A DNA stretch of 35,364 nt from a virus (lineage: Duplodnaviria > Caudoviricetes). This document shows positions 1 through 8,201 of this stretch, one piece after another. Made by a program: the position numbers and the translations under genes. Every line of letters starts with the position of its first letter. The first letter of the stretch is position 1. Location of the stretch: positions 1 to 35,364 of the IMG/VR virus record IMGVR_UViG_3300032332_000211; one strand, given 5' to 3'. The notes below the pieces were generated by a model. The model ran no database searches and was not told the DNA's origin. It saw nothing but the letters and a program-made list of their open reading frames with translations.

Positions 1-1
1 A

Positions 2-214
2 TCTGCGTTATTTTCATATTCATTACTAGATGATAATTTAGCTATTGTAGCACAAGGCGGTTTGGCAATGAATGGTGATGCTTATACTGCTTGGGGTAAC
101 AATGATGAGTATGCTTGGGATTGGGCAGCATCTAAAGACCAACTTAACCTTACAATCATAGGCGATTATGTTCCACCTGTGCCTGAAGTAGTTGAGCCAA
201 CAAATAGTATTTAA
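2..214 (+). CDS. 5'-truncated tail-fibre-associated protein; diverged allele of 34305..34601
   Basis: Frame 2 reads SALFSYSLLDDNLAIVAQGG...AWGNNDEYAWDWAASKDQLNLTIIGDYVPPVPEVVEPTNSI*, which aligns to the C-terminus of ORF 34305..34601. Confidence 0.85.
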   Translation, partial: SALFSYSLLDDNLAIVAQGGLAMNGDAYTAWGNNDEYAWDWAASKDQLNLTIIGDYVPPVPEVVEPTNSI

Positions 215-217
215 TCT

Positions 218-225
218 TATATTTG
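218..225 (+). promoter_or_regulatory. Bacteroidota-type -7 promoter element TATATTTG
   Basis: Matches TAnnTTTG just upstream of the ATG at 241; conserved in the repeat copy at 34605-34612. Confidence 0.6.
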
Positions 226-240
226 TAAAAAATCAATCAA

Positions 241-627
241 ATGAAATATCAACAACTCAACACCCTAGTCGCATCAATTAATGCGGTTATTGGTTCACAG
301 GAAACAAAGACTCAAAAGAAGCTATTTAAAATCTACGAGAAGGTTAAAACCCATTACGAAGATTACCAAGCTAAAGTTGAGGAATTAAGATTAGACAATG
401 CTCAAGTAGATGACAAAGATTGTTTAGTGCTTAATGAAAAAGGTGAATATCGCTTTACTAAAGAGGCTATTAAGAAATTAACTGAACAAGTTAAGGATTT
501 AAACAACAAGGAGTTTGACTTTAAACCTATTGAAGTTTTAAATCCTAATGGTCTTGAGAATTTTACATTCCTAGAAAATTGGACAAATGGTATCACATTT
601 ATTAAAGAAGAAGAAGAAGAATTGTAA
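241..627 (+). CDS. Hypothetical phage protein (coiled coil), downstream of the tail fibre module
   Basis: ORF track; near-identical paralog/allele at 34628..35014. Confidence 0.85.
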   Translation: MKYQQLNTLVASINAVIGSQETKTQKKLFKIYEKVKTHYEDYQAKVEELRLDNAQVDDKDCLVLNEKGEYRFTKEAIKKLTEQVKDLNNKEFDFKPIEVLNPNGLENFTFLENWTNGITFIKEEEEEL

Positions 628-818
628 TGGCACAAGATAGCAGTCAGGCACTCGTTAACACAGGCATTAGCTTAACCGCAGCATCATTAACACTAACACA
701 GGTACAACCATTTGTAACATTGTTAGCAGGTTTGACTGCTATCATTTCAGGTATCTTTGCAATTCGTTATTATTACAAAGCAACTAAAAGAATTAAAAAT
801 GATGAAGTTCCTAAATAG
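627..818 (+). CDS. Putative holin / small membrane protein
   Basis: Hydrophobic helices followed by a basic C-terminal tail (RYYYKATKRIK); lies in the lysis cluster. Confidence 0.55.
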   Translation: MAQDSSQALVNTGISLTAASLTLTQVQPFVTLLAGLTAIISGIFAIRYYYKATKRIKNDEVPK

Positions 819-990
819 TATTTATGGCTCGTGGGTAAAAATATTCATATCTGCTATCCTAACTATGATTATGAGCAAGGGGGATATTTATTTTATAACA
901 TTAAAAGATTGCCTGAATGCAGGAATAATCTCACTTTTGCCTATCATTATAAACTATCTAAATCCACACGATACACGCTATGGCAAATAA
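799..990 (+). CDS. Putative holin (2 TM)
   Basis: Start revised to ATG 799; two hydrophobic segments and a C-terminal INYLNPHDTRYG; upstream of the endolysin. Confidence 0.6.
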   Translation: MMKFLNSIYGSWVKIFISAILTMIMSKGDIYFITLKDCLNAGIISLLPIIINYLNPHDTRYGK

Positions 991-1462
991 AATATTAATC
1001 TTGGCATTGTTTATGCTAGGGTGCAATCCAATTAAAAAGGCTGAACGCACAGTATTAAACAATATTGAAAGTAGTGAACGAGTATTTAGGCAGCTAGAAA
1101 AGACTAGACCCTGTGCTAATGACACAACAATAATTACAAAATATGACACTACATTACTTGTTGATACCATTACTAACTATCAAAGAGATACAATTACTCT
1201 TAACGACAAAGAATACATAACCATTAAAGAAGCAGGTAAAACCATAGTTAAGACTATTAAGGTTAACCAAATTCACACAGGTTATATAGTAGATACTCGT
1301 AGAGTAGGCATATTGCTTGATTCGGTGCGTTTTTACAAGGTTAATTCACAAATCAATAAAGAGACTAGCAACAAGTGGATGTGGCGATTTTGGGCATTAT
1401 TAGGCATTTTAATAGGTATAGCAATAATTAAAAGAGTTATATGCAAATTTCAGAACATTTAA
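980..1462 (+). CDS. Lipoprotein with C-terminal TM, possible unimolecular spanin
   Basis: N-terminal lipobox (LFMLG-C) plus a C-terminal TM (WALLGILIGIAII); adjacent to the endolysin. Confidence 0.55.
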   Translation: MANKILILALFMLGCNPIKKAERTVLNNIESSERVFRQLEKTRPCANDTTIITKYDTTLLVDTITNYQRDTITLNDKEYITIKEAGKTIVKTIKVNQIHTGYIVDTRRVGILLDSVRFYKVNSQINKETSNKWMWRFWALLGILIGIAIIKRVICKFQNI

Positions 1463-1932
1463 CATTAGCAGAATTAATTCGTAGTGAATCTGCAAAGCGT
1501 AATGGCATTACTAATATGCCACCACCTGAACACATAGCTAATTTAAAAGAACTAGCTGAAAACATATTTGAGCCTATTAGAGCCAATTTTAGATGCCCTA
1601 TACTTATTTCAAGTGGATATAGGTCTAAAGAATTAAATGCTAAAATAGGGGGTGCTAATACTTCGCAGCACTCGTTTGGTCAGGCAATAGATATAGATAT
1701 GGATGGCACAACCTATGGTGTAACCAATGCAGAAATATTTCATTTCATAAAAGATAAACTTCCATTTGACCAACTTATTTGGGAATTAGGCAATGATACA
1801 AACCCTGATTGGGTTCATTGTTCATATTCAAATAGGTTCAGAAAGGAGGTTTTAATAGCATATAAAACATTAGGAACTACACACTACAAAAAATATTATG
1901 CTACAAACAAAACGGAGAAGGCTATACTTTGA
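1441..1932 (+). CDS. Endolysin, peptidase M15 family
   Basis: ISSGYRS..LN..IGGA..SQH..GQAIDI and WVHCSY motifs. Confidence 0.9.
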   Translation: MQISEHLTLAELIRSESAKRNGITNMPPPEHIANLKELAENIFEPIRANFRCPILISSGYRSKELNAKIGGANTSQHSFGQAIDIDMDGTTYGVTNAEIFHFIKDKLPFDQLIWELGNDTNPDWVHCSYSNRFRKEVLIAYKTLGTTHYKKYYATNKTEKAIL

Positions 1933-2632
1933 TATTGAAGTATCTGCAAACATTGGTTTATTTTGGCAGTCAGGTTACAAATTACAAATAGGTACAGAGA
2001 ACATAATTAAAGAACGAGCAGTTATTTGTATCTGCTATAAGTGGGAAGAAGATAAAGATGTATATTATCTTCAATGGGATAAGAAGCAATGCGATAAAAA
2101 ACTATTACAGGATTTTATTAAGGTTGCAAATACTGCAGATGAATTAGTAGGACATAATGGAGATAAGTTTGATTTGTCGTGGATTAGAACGAGATGTTTA
2201 TTTCATAACATACAAATGTTCCCTACATACAATACAATAGATACTTTAAAAGTTGCTAGGTCTAAATTTAGATTTAATTCAAACAGGCTTGATTACATAG
2301 GTAAGTTTTTAGGGTTAGGACAAAAGAACCATACCAACTTTGATTTGTGGAAGGACATAATGATGAAGAATGATAAGACTGCAATGAATACAATGATAGA
2401 TTATTGCATTCAGGATGTCGTATTATTAGAAAAAGTACATAAAGCATTAAACAATCATATACCTGCTAAAACACATTATGGTGTTATCTTTGGGCAGGAT
2501 AAAGGTAGCTGTCCTGAATGTGGAAGTGATGACCTTATTATAAATAATAGAAGAACAACTGCATCAGGGGTAAAGAAGATACAATATATTTGTAAAACTT
2601 GTAATAAAATACATTCAAAAACAGATAAATAA
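1898..2632 (+). CDS. RNase H-like (DEDD) 3'-5' exonuclease with C-terminal Zn ribbon
   Basis: FDIE, GHNGDKFD and YCIQDV motifs; CPECGS...CKTC. Confidence 0.8.
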   Translation: MLQTKRRRLYFDIEVSANIGLFWQSGYKLQIGTENIIKERAVICICYKWEEDKDVYYLQWDKKQCDKKLLQDFIKVANTADELVGHNGDKFDLSWIRTRCLFHNIQMFPTYNTIDTLKVARSKFRFNSNRLDYIGKFLGLGQKNHTNFDLWKDIMMKNDKTAMNTMIDYCIQDVVLLEKVHKALNNHIPAKTHYGVIFGQDKGSCPECGSDDLIINNRRTTASGVKKIQYICKTCNKIHSKTDK

Positions 2633-2835
2633 TGAGTAAACTATTATATTCAATTATAGATGATTTGCTATATAGAGAAGAAAAGGGTCGTATGGAGTAT
2701 GGAACAACTATGGATAGAAAGGATTTGACTGAACAGGAATGGTTGCAACACGCATACGAGGAGGCATTAGATTTATCAATCTATTTAAAAAAAATTATAA
2801 AAACTAAACAAGATGAAAATGCCAAAGGGTTTTAA
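2632..2835 (+). CDS. Small all-alpha NTP pyrophosphatase-like protein
   Basis: KG..EYGTT.DR..L...EWLQHAYEEALD...Y pattern. Confidence 0.55.
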   Translation: MSKLLYSIIDDLLYREEKGRMEYGTTMDRKDLTEQEWLQHAYEEALDLSIYLKKIIKTKQDENAKGF

Positions 2836-2998
2836 CAAATGGAGTTTAACCGAACAGGAATTATGGCTAGTTAATAGACTGCAGGAATACTATGCAGTTG
2901 AAAGTCAAATCACAAAAATGTTAGCCAAGATAAGAGGCGGTGAAAGAATACAAGTTAAAGAGATTGACAGACCTGATGAAGCATTATTAAAGTCGTGA
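2813..2998 (+). CDS. Hypothetical protein
   Basis: ORF overlapping both neighbours in an operon-like arrangement. Confidence 0.65.
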   Translation: MKMPKGFNKWSLTEQELWLVNRLQEYYAVESQITKMLAKIRGGERIQVKEIDRPDEALLKS

Positions 2999-3264
2999 AG
3001 ATTACAATCATATATCGTAAACTAGGTAAAGAACAGGCTTATGGCATTTCATCAAGTGATGGGGTTATTGAGATTGATGAAAGGTTAAAGGGTAGAAAAA
3101 TGATGGAGGTTTTAATCCACGAACTGATGCACTTGACAAATCCAAAGGATAGTGAACAAACTATTATTCGTAAGAGTGTTCTTATAACCAAAGTTTTATG
3201 GAAGGAAGGTTACCGAAAGATAGATGATACTATAGATTTACCCCTTCAAGATGGTAGTATATAA
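2995..3264 (+). CDS. Small HExxH zinc metallopeptidase-like protein
   Basis: VLIHELMHL motif; GTG start overlapping the upstream stop. Confidence 0.65.
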   Translation: MKITIIYRKLGKEQAYGISSSDGVIEIDERLKGRKMMEVLIHELMHLTNPKDSEQTIIRKSVLITKVLWKEGYRKIDDTIDLPLQDGSI

Positions 3265-3289
3265 GTGCGTTAAGCAGTCGCACCCCTGC
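3265..3289 (-). ncRNA. Candidate H-type pseudoknot RNA element, copy 1
   Basis: GCAG-GG-GUGCG-A-CUGC-UUAA-CGCAC, 5 nt after the stop of ORF 3295..3531; homologous copy at 15017-15042. Confidence 0.6.
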
Positions 3290-3294
3290 ATAGT

Positions 3295-3531
3295 TTACTT
3301 ATTGTAAACTGCTACATCATAACCTAGTTTAGTGTATTTTATTTTCTGCAATTTAAGTTCATCAGGTGTAGCTAAAAAATACAGGTAGCCATTTTCAATA
3401 CCACCTTTTAATTCATTGCCTTGTTCATCGCACCACCATATATAATATACAGGGTACTTGTAACTTTCAATGTCTTTTTTAAACTTTACAATTGGGTTTG
3501 CTTTTTCAACAAATGTAAAATACTGACTCAT
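3295..3531 (-). CDS. Hypothetical early protein
   Basis: Fills the gap between + strand operons; has its own promoter and box pair upstream. Confidence 0.7.
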   Translation of the reverse strand: MSQYFTFVEKANPIVKFKKDIESYKYPVYYIWWCDEQGNELKGGIENGYLYFLATPDELKLQKIKYTKLGYDVAVYNK

Positions 3532-3610
3532 AAATAGTCTTACAGTTTTAAGTGTGTCTCACTTGTTTTTGGTTAATATCAAAGACCATAATTAATTTCT
3601 TAATTATAAT

Positions 3611-3680
3611 ACAATATACAACTTATTAACGACATATCCAAATTTATTACACAAGCGGTAATATATAAGGATAAGCGGTA
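3611..3680 (-). promoter_or_regulatory. Leftward cassette promoter with paired TACCGCTT boxes
   Basis: Boxes at 3670-3680 and 3650-3660 (20-bp period); TTTG at 3639-3642, 20-nt spacer, TATATTGT at 3611-3618. Confidence 0.6.
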
Positions 3681-3700
3681 AATACTAAATTTTTTAGTAT

Positions 3701-3739
3701 GTCCGGTTTTCTGTCCGGACAAAATATCGGACAAAATAT
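3701..3739. repeat. GC-rich repeat/palindrome between the divergent promoters
   Basis: gtccgg twice, palindrome gtccggac (3713-3720) and cggacaaaatat twice. Confidence 0.7.
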
Positions 3740-3746
3740 AGGGTAA

Positions 3747-3836
3747 TACCGTTCATCCCTGATATTTACCGTTCATCAAATAATAAAAAATAATGGGTAT
3801 AATATTAGGATAGTATGTTTAAACTCTGTAGATTTG
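3747..3836 (+). promoter_or_regulatory. Rightward early promoter with paired TACCGTTCATC boxes
   Basis: Boxes at 3747-3757 and 3767-3777; TTAG at 3805-3808, 20-nt spacer, TAGATTTG at 3829-3836. Confidence 0.75.
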
Positions 3837-3858
3837 CTATATAACAAAAACAAAAACT

Positions 3859-4110
3859 ATGAAAAGTAATGCAAAAAAATGTTTTAATGAATTAAAGAAA
3901 TTAGGATGTCCTGTTAAAGAATGGTATGATGATTCTCGTGGAGTTTTTTGGATAGATGCCGAAGAACCTAATGCAGAATTGTGGTTAAACTATTGGGATA
4001 TGAATTTAAGTTTTGGAAGTCAAAAATTAAATGACTTATTAGATAAACATAATCTATGGTGGGAATGGCAAAACTCTGCTTATGGAAATGTATATTGTAT
4101 TCCAAATTAA
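3859..4110 (+). CDS. Hypothetical early protein (Trp-rich)
   Basis: First ORF after the promoter; aaaaacaaaaact leader. Confidence 0.8.
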   Translation: MKSNAKKCFNELKKLGCPVKEWYDDSRGVFWIDAEEPNAELWLNYWDMNLSFGSQKLNDLLDKHNLWWEWQNSAYGNVYCIPN

Positions 4111-4119
4111 AAATAAACT

Positions 4120-4302
4120 ATGAAAAAATTAACACCAATAGAAAAGAAAAAATTATTAGCAAAGATGCTTGAGTTAATGGTAAATATGGGGTATGAAATA
4201 GAACCTTATATGGGTTTGCCATTAGGTAAATTTAATTTTGAAAATGTGCAAAAGCAAATTGAAAAATTAACTATTGACCTTGAATATGTTCACGCTGAAT
4301 AA
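4120..4302 (+). CDS. Hypothetical early protein
   Basis: ORF with an A-rich aaact-ATG leader. Confidence 0.7.
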   Translation: MKKLTPIEKKKLLAKMLELMVNMGYEIEPYMGLPLGKFNFENVQKQIEKLTIDLEYVHAE

Positions 4303-4323
4303 TAAAAATAAAATATAAAAACT

Positions 4324-4425
4324 ATGAAACAAAAATTAACAAAAGAAGAAAAATTAGAAATCAAAAAAACTAACAAAGCATTTGATGCTATGATTAGAAA
4401 ATTTAAACACGCATTAATTAATTAA
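4324..4425 (+). CDS. Small basic hypothetical protein (33 aa, not in ORF track)
   Basis: MKQKLTKEEKLEIKKTNKAFDAMIRKFKHALIN; same aaaact-ATG leader as neighbours. Confidence 0.55.
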   Translation: MKQKLTKEEKLEIKKTNKAFDAMIRKFKHALIN

Positions 4426-4436
4426 AAAACAAACCT

Positions 4437-4574
4437 ATGACACAGACAGAAAAATTTGAAAAGTTTATTGAGGCACTTGTAAGACAATACGAGGCTATGG
4501 AAGATAAACAATGTACAACTGCAATAACTATTAAAGCAGTAATTGATTTTGCTAACGGAATAAATCAAATATAA
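4437..4574 (+). CDS. Small hypothetical protein (45 aa, not in ORF track)
   Basis: MTQTEKFEKFIEALVRQYEAMEDKQC...; fills the gap in the operon. Confidence 0.55.
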   Translation: MTQTEKFEKFIEALVRQYEAMEDKQCTTAITIKAVIDFANGINQI

Positions 4575-4575
4575 T

Positions 4576-4821
4576 ATGAGACACGCACCTACACCTGATG
4601 AAAAATTAAATCAATTAGGATTTAATCTTGATTATTGGAGATGGAAGTATGAAAGTTGTTATCAATTTCATAATGCTGAATACTATAAAAAGTATCAAGA
4701 AGCAAGAAAAGAATTTGGTGACTATTACAGAGTAACATACCCAACTGCAAAACCAATATCGTATAATAATTATATACCATTATCAGACAGAACAGAACAA
4801 TTTGAAAACTTTGAAAATTAA
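4576..4821 (+). CDS. Hypothetical protein
   Basis: ORF track; operon position. Confidence 0.7.
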   Translation: MRHAPTPDEKLNQLGFNLDYWRWKYESCYQFHNAEYYKKYQEARKEFGDYYRVTYPTAKPISYNNYIPLSDRTEQFENFEN

Positions 4822-4840
4822 TAAATAAAAAAAACAAACT

Positions 4841-5386
4841 ATGAACCTAGTAAAAATTCAAGCAGAATTAAAAGCACCAAAGAATCAAACAAACAACTTT
4901 GGTAAGTACAAGTACAGAAGTGCTGAAGATATTATTGAAGCAGTCAAACCCATATTAAACAAATATGGTACTGCATTAGTAGTAAGTGATGAAGTAGTAC
5001 AAGTAGGAGACAGAATCTATATTAAAGCTACTGCAACACTATTAGATGCTACTGATGATGTAATAAGTGTTAATGGTTGGGCACGAGAAGAAGAAGTAAA
5101 AAAGGGAATGGATGCAGCACAGATTACAGGTAGTGCATCAAGCTACGCTAGGAAGTATGCACTCAATGGATTATTTGCTATTGATGATACAAAAGATAGT
5201 GATGCTACAAATGAGCATAAGGATGAAGTAGGTGAAGTTAAAAGAATGGAGTTAATTACTTTATTAGAAAATACTACTTGGGATGAAACTATGAAACAAA
5301 AAGTAGCAATTAAAATTAGTGCTATAACTACATTAGAGCAATATGAAAAGGCATTAAGAAGTATTAACCAAAATCAAAACAAATAA
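4841..5386 (+). CDS. erf: ERF-family ssDNA annealing recombinase
   Basis: KAPKNQ.N.FGKYKYRSAEDI..AVKP and TGSASSYARKYAL.GLF motifs. Confidence 0.9.
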   Translation: MNLVKIQAELKAPKNQTNNFGKYKYRSAEDIIEAVKPILNKYGTALVVSDEVVQVGDRIYIKATATLLDATDDVISVNGWAREEEVKKGMDAAQITGSASSYARKYALNGLFAIDDTKDSDATNEHKDEVGEVKRMELITLLENTTWDETMKQKVAIKISAITTLEQYEKALRSINQNQNK

Positions 5387-5388
5387 CT

Positions 5389-5592
5389 ATGGAAAATATT
5401 TGGGGAATAAAAATAAGCAGAATAGCTTTGCCTGAAGATAAACTAACATTAAATGAATGGTTTAAACAATTAAAGGTATCAACTAGATATAATAATAATG
5501 AACCAATTGAAAACGCAATTTCTTTAAACAAACAATACAATTTTTCTAAAATTAAAAACCGACAAAATGAGTCAACAAACTATGGTGCTTAA
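5389..5592 (+). CDS. Hypothetical protein
   Basis: ORF track; operon position. Confidence 0.6.
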   Translation: MENIWGIKISRIALPEDKLTLNEWFKQLKVSTRYNNNEPIENAISLNKQYNFSKIKNRQNESTNYGA

Positions 5593-5779
5593 CCACCTTA
5601 AAAGTCAACCGCTAACACCATTAGTAGCATTAAAAAAGTATGGTACATTAAGACTAGCTGCATTAATTTTTAACCTTCGTGATGAAGGACACAACATTAA
5701 AACAGATATAGTTAATGTAGGAACATCACGCAACACAAAATATGTTGCACAGTATTCACTTATAAAAAATAAAAAATAA
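5567..5779 (+). CDS. Small winged-HTH DNA-binding protein
   Basis: VLNHL...LTPL.AL..YG..RLAA.I..LR..GH.I pattern typical of phage HTH proteins. Confidence 0.75.
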   Translation: MSQQTMVLNHLKSQPLTPLVALKKYGTLRLAALIFNLRDEGHNIKTDIVNVGTSRNTKYVAQYSLIKNKK

Positions 5780-5967
5780 TGGAAAACGAAGTAAAAAAGA
5801 AGTATGGTGCTTGGAAAAAAACCACCGCAAAGGGTGAAGTTATTAGCTTTACTATTGAAGATAAGAAATATTCAATGTGGGTTAATACATACAAGACAGA
5901 ATCAAAGCATCCTGATTATCAAATTTATGAGGACAATTTTAAACCTAAAACGGATTTACCATTTTAA
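5779..5967 (+). CDS. DUF736-like / small ssDNA-binding-like protein
   Basis: GAWKK...HPDY motif and C-terminal DLPF tail. Confidence 0.6.
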   Translation: MENEVKKKYGAWKKTTAKGEVISFTIEDKKYSMWVNTYKTESKHPDYQIYEDNFKPKTDLPF

Positions 5968-5968
5968 T

Positions 5969-6394
5969 ATGCAAACAATAGAATCCAATATTCTTGATTA
6001 TTATTTAGCACAAAAAAGTAATTTAAAAAAATTAAAAAGTACTTTAGTTGCATATAATATTATAGAAAGAGATGAAACGAATAGAAGCAATAACAGGGTT
6101 ACAATGAAAAAGTTAGTTGGATTAGTTGAGGATGTTTTTGATACAGAAGTACTTGCAAAGAATAGAATGCAGAATACTGTATTTGCTAGGAAGGCAGCAG
6201 CCTATGTATTAAAGAAACATACTTCACTATCACTAAAGGAAATTGCTCCATATATAGGAGTTAAAGACCATACAACAGTACTTTATAATGTTTCTACTGC
6301 TAGAGATTTAATTACAACTGAAGAATGGTATAAAAATAAAATTGATGAAATTGAAAATGAAATCAAGAAATTTAATACCTTTGTTCAAAATTAA
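5969..6394 (+). CDS. Protein with DnaA domain IV-like HTH
   Basis: AR..A.Y.L...TSLSL.EI.......DHTTVLY signature; start revised to ATG 5969, right after the upstream stop. Confidence 0.8.
   Translation: MQTIESNILDYYLAQKSNLKKLKSTLVAYNIIERDETNRSNNRVTMKKLVGLVEDVFDTEVLAKNRMQNTVFARKAAAYVLKKHTSLSLKEIAPYIGVKDHTTVLYNVSTARDLITTEEWYKNKIDEIENEIKKFNTFVQN
6376..6383 (+). promoter_or_regulatory. -7 promoter element TACCTTTG for the replication operon
   Basis: Exact TAnnTTTG just before the structured leader. Confidence 0.6.
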
Positions 6395-6399
6395 CTAAC

Positions 6400-6479
6400 A
6401 ACTATGTCGCATATAGTTTAAGAACAATATTAGGGGGAGGATGAACTGCTAATGCGACTAGCAGGAATTCCAAACCCTA
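6400..6479 (+). ncRNA. Candidate cis-regulatory kissing-loop leader RNA
   Basis: Hairpins aactat-[gtcgcat]-atagtt and ctgcta-[atgcgac]-tagcag have fully complementary 7-nt loops; outer stem taggg/cccta. Confidence 0.7.
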
Positions 6480-6487
6480 TTTTTATT

Positions 6488-7174
6488 ATGAAAAACAAAT
6501 CTTATTATTTTAGCCACGATTATAATGCGGCTAATGATACAAAGGTGCTTTTTTTAAGGCATCAACTAGGGATGGAAGGTTATGGTATCTATTGGTTTAT
6601 AATTGAAAGACTAGCAGATGCAGGTGGTAAATTACCACTTGAATTAATACCTGTACTAGCTATGCAGATGCAATCTACTGACATCAAAGTCAAAGGAGTT
6701 ATAATGCAGTTTGATTTATTTAGTATTAATGAAGGTGAGTTTTGGTCTGAAAGACTTAATGACCATTTAGGATTAAGGGCAAAATTAAGTGAAAGTGGTA
6801 AGAATGGAGCAATTTCTAGATGGAAAAATGGGGAGGCTATTGGGGAGGCTATTGTGGAGGGCAATGCAAAGAAAAGAAAAGAAAAGGAAATAAAAGAAAA
6901 AGAAACTAAAGTATATAATAAAGATTTATTTTTAAATAATATAAATGAATACAAAGAAATACTAGGTGAATCTTATGATGAATTTATTGAATATTGGTGT
7001 GAACCTGATAAGAATGGTAAAACACGATATGAACTAGAAAAATTTTTTGATGTAAAACGCAGAGTAAATACTTGGATAAAAAACAAATTAAGATATGGAA
7101 ATTCAAAAACATTTAGCACAGGCACTACAAGTGAGCAACGAATGGCAACCCTTAAAGAGTGGGTACATAGTTGA
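6488..7174 (+). CDS. Replication initiator-like protein (DUF4373/Lin1244-like N-terminus)
   Basis: YFSHD.NA.ND.K...LR..LG.EGYG.YW..IE.L signature; C-terminal F..YW.E...K.R.E.EK.FD..RR..TW; start revised to 6488. Confidence 0.8.
   Translation: MKNKSYYFSHDYNAANDTKVLFLRHQLGMEGYGIYWFIIERLADAGGKLPLELIPVLAMQMQSTDIKVKGVIMQFDLFSINEGEFWSERLNDHLGLRAKLSESGKNGAISRWKNGEAIGEAIVEGNAKKRKEKEIKEKETKVYNKDLFLNNINEYKEILGESYDEFIEYWCEPDKNGKTRYELEKFFDVKRRVNTWIKNKLRYGNSKTFSTGTTSEQRMATLKEWVHS
6829..6910 (+). repeat. Iteron-like 12-bp repeats plus purine/A tract; candidate replication origin
   Basis: tggggaggctat twice, a degenerate third copy, then aaagaaaagaaaagaaaaggaaataaaagaaaaag, all inside the initiator gene. 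Confidence 0.55.
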
Positions 7175-7835
7175 TAATGAAATATTAAATTCTTTTAATG
7201 GAGATAAACTAAATCTAGTTTCACCAATTACATTAAGGGAAAATTTAGCTTACATCTTTACTTTGTTAGGGTTTAAAAACTATCCTGCTAAAGAAGAAAT
7301 GGCAATTATAGAAGATTTTATTAGAACTAGCTACCCATTGTATACAATACAAGAATTTAGGATAGCTTTTAAAATGGCAGTTCAGGGTAAATTAGATTGC
7401 AGTACAGAACACTATGAAAAGTTTTCCCCAAAGTTTATTGGTCAGGTGATGGTAGCTTATACTAAAAAAGCTAATGAAGTAAGAAAAATAGCAAAACCTA
7501 TTGTAAAAGAATTAGAGCAGCCAAAATTAACAGATGAACAGATAGTATCATTTACACAGAAAGAATGGCTAGAATCGGCTAGAAATGACTTTAACAGGGT
7601 ATTTAATGCAGAAAAGGTATTTGATATTTTAATAAAACAGGAAAAATTAAAATTTCATCCTAGCGAAATGCTTCAAATTGTTAAGATAGTTAGACAAGAT
7701 AATGCACAAAGATTACAGAAAATGTATGGTGCAGATGCTAAAGAATTTAATAAAAGAATTAAGGATGAAAATTTTGTAGATACACAATGTAAAAAATTAG
7801 CTCTTGTCAAATATTTTGAAAACCTATCAAGTTAG
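7095..7835 (+). CDS. Hypothetical replication-associated protein
   Basis: Follows the initiator; EF..AF.MA..GKLD....HY..FS pattern. Confidence 0.6.
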   Translation: MEIQKHLAQALQVSNEWQPLKSGYIVDNEILNSFNGDKLNLVSPITLRENLAYIFTLLGFKNYPAKEEMAIIEDFIRTSYPLYTIQEFRIAFKMAVQGKLDCSTEHYEKFSPKFIGQVMVAYTKKANEVRKIAKPIVKELEQPKLTDEQIVSFTQKEWLESARNDFNRVFNAEKVFDILIKQEKLKFHPSEMLQIVKIVRQDNAQRLQKMYGADAKEFNKRIKDENFVDTQCKKLALVKYFENLSS

Positions 7836-7983
7836 GTACACACATTACGGAGTTGTAAAGTGGTGCTATACAAATAATTTTAAAGACTGCTATTTATCTA
7901 TACCTGATTTAAATAATAATAAAGACAGGCTTTTATTCACAAAAGAATTTTATGAAAAATTAATTAATTTTGTAAACAAATAA
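7816..7983 (+). CDS. Hypothetical protein (55 aa, TTG start, not in ORF track)
   Basis: MKTYQVRYTHYGVVKWCYTNNF...; fills the gap between 7835 and 7986. Confidence 0.5.
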   Translation: MKTYQVRYTHYGVVKWCYTNNFKDCYLSIPDLNNNKDRLLFTKEFYEKLINFVNK

Positions 7984-7985
7984 TT

Positions 7986-8201
7986 ATGACACCAAAAGAA
8001 AAATCAAAAGAATTAATAAAAAGATACAGTGATTTAAAATTTGAAATAGGAAGTGAATATGAAGGATATATAACTATAAAAATTTTACAAGCTAAACTAT
8101 GTGCATTAATTACAGTAGATGAGATTATTGATGAATTAACAAGTAGAGGTATTTTATCAGGTTTTTGGTATGAAGTTCATCAGGAATTAAAAAAAATATA
8201 A
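7986..8201 (+). CDS. Hypothetical phage protein (MTPKEK.KEL type)
   Basis: ORF preceded by TAATTTTG at 7965-7972. Confidence 0.75.
   Translation: MTPKEKSKELIKRYSDLKFEIGSEYEGYITIKILQAKLCALITVDEIIDELTSRGILSGFWYEVHQELKKI

Larger units (their letters stand above)
2..629 (+). repeat. Left copy of an imperfect terminal direct repeat (partner about 34401..35016)
   Basis: 241-335 is identical to 34628-34722; tgggcagcatctaaagaccaacttaaccttacaatcatagg is shared; diverged blocks lie between. Confidence 0.9.

Noticed and set aside
3650-3780. Mini-CRISPR array
   Set aside because: Repeats are 11 bp with 9-bp gaps and only two per site; there are no spacer-sized inserts or cas genes.
5804-5968. Long N-terminal extension of the DnaA-HTH ORF
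   Set aside because: It overlaps 5779..5967 almost entirely; ATG 5969 directly after that stop fits the operon pattern better.
6452-6487. ATG 6452 as start of the replication protein
   Set aside because: It lies in the loop of the structured leader; the recognisable domain begins just after ATG 6488.
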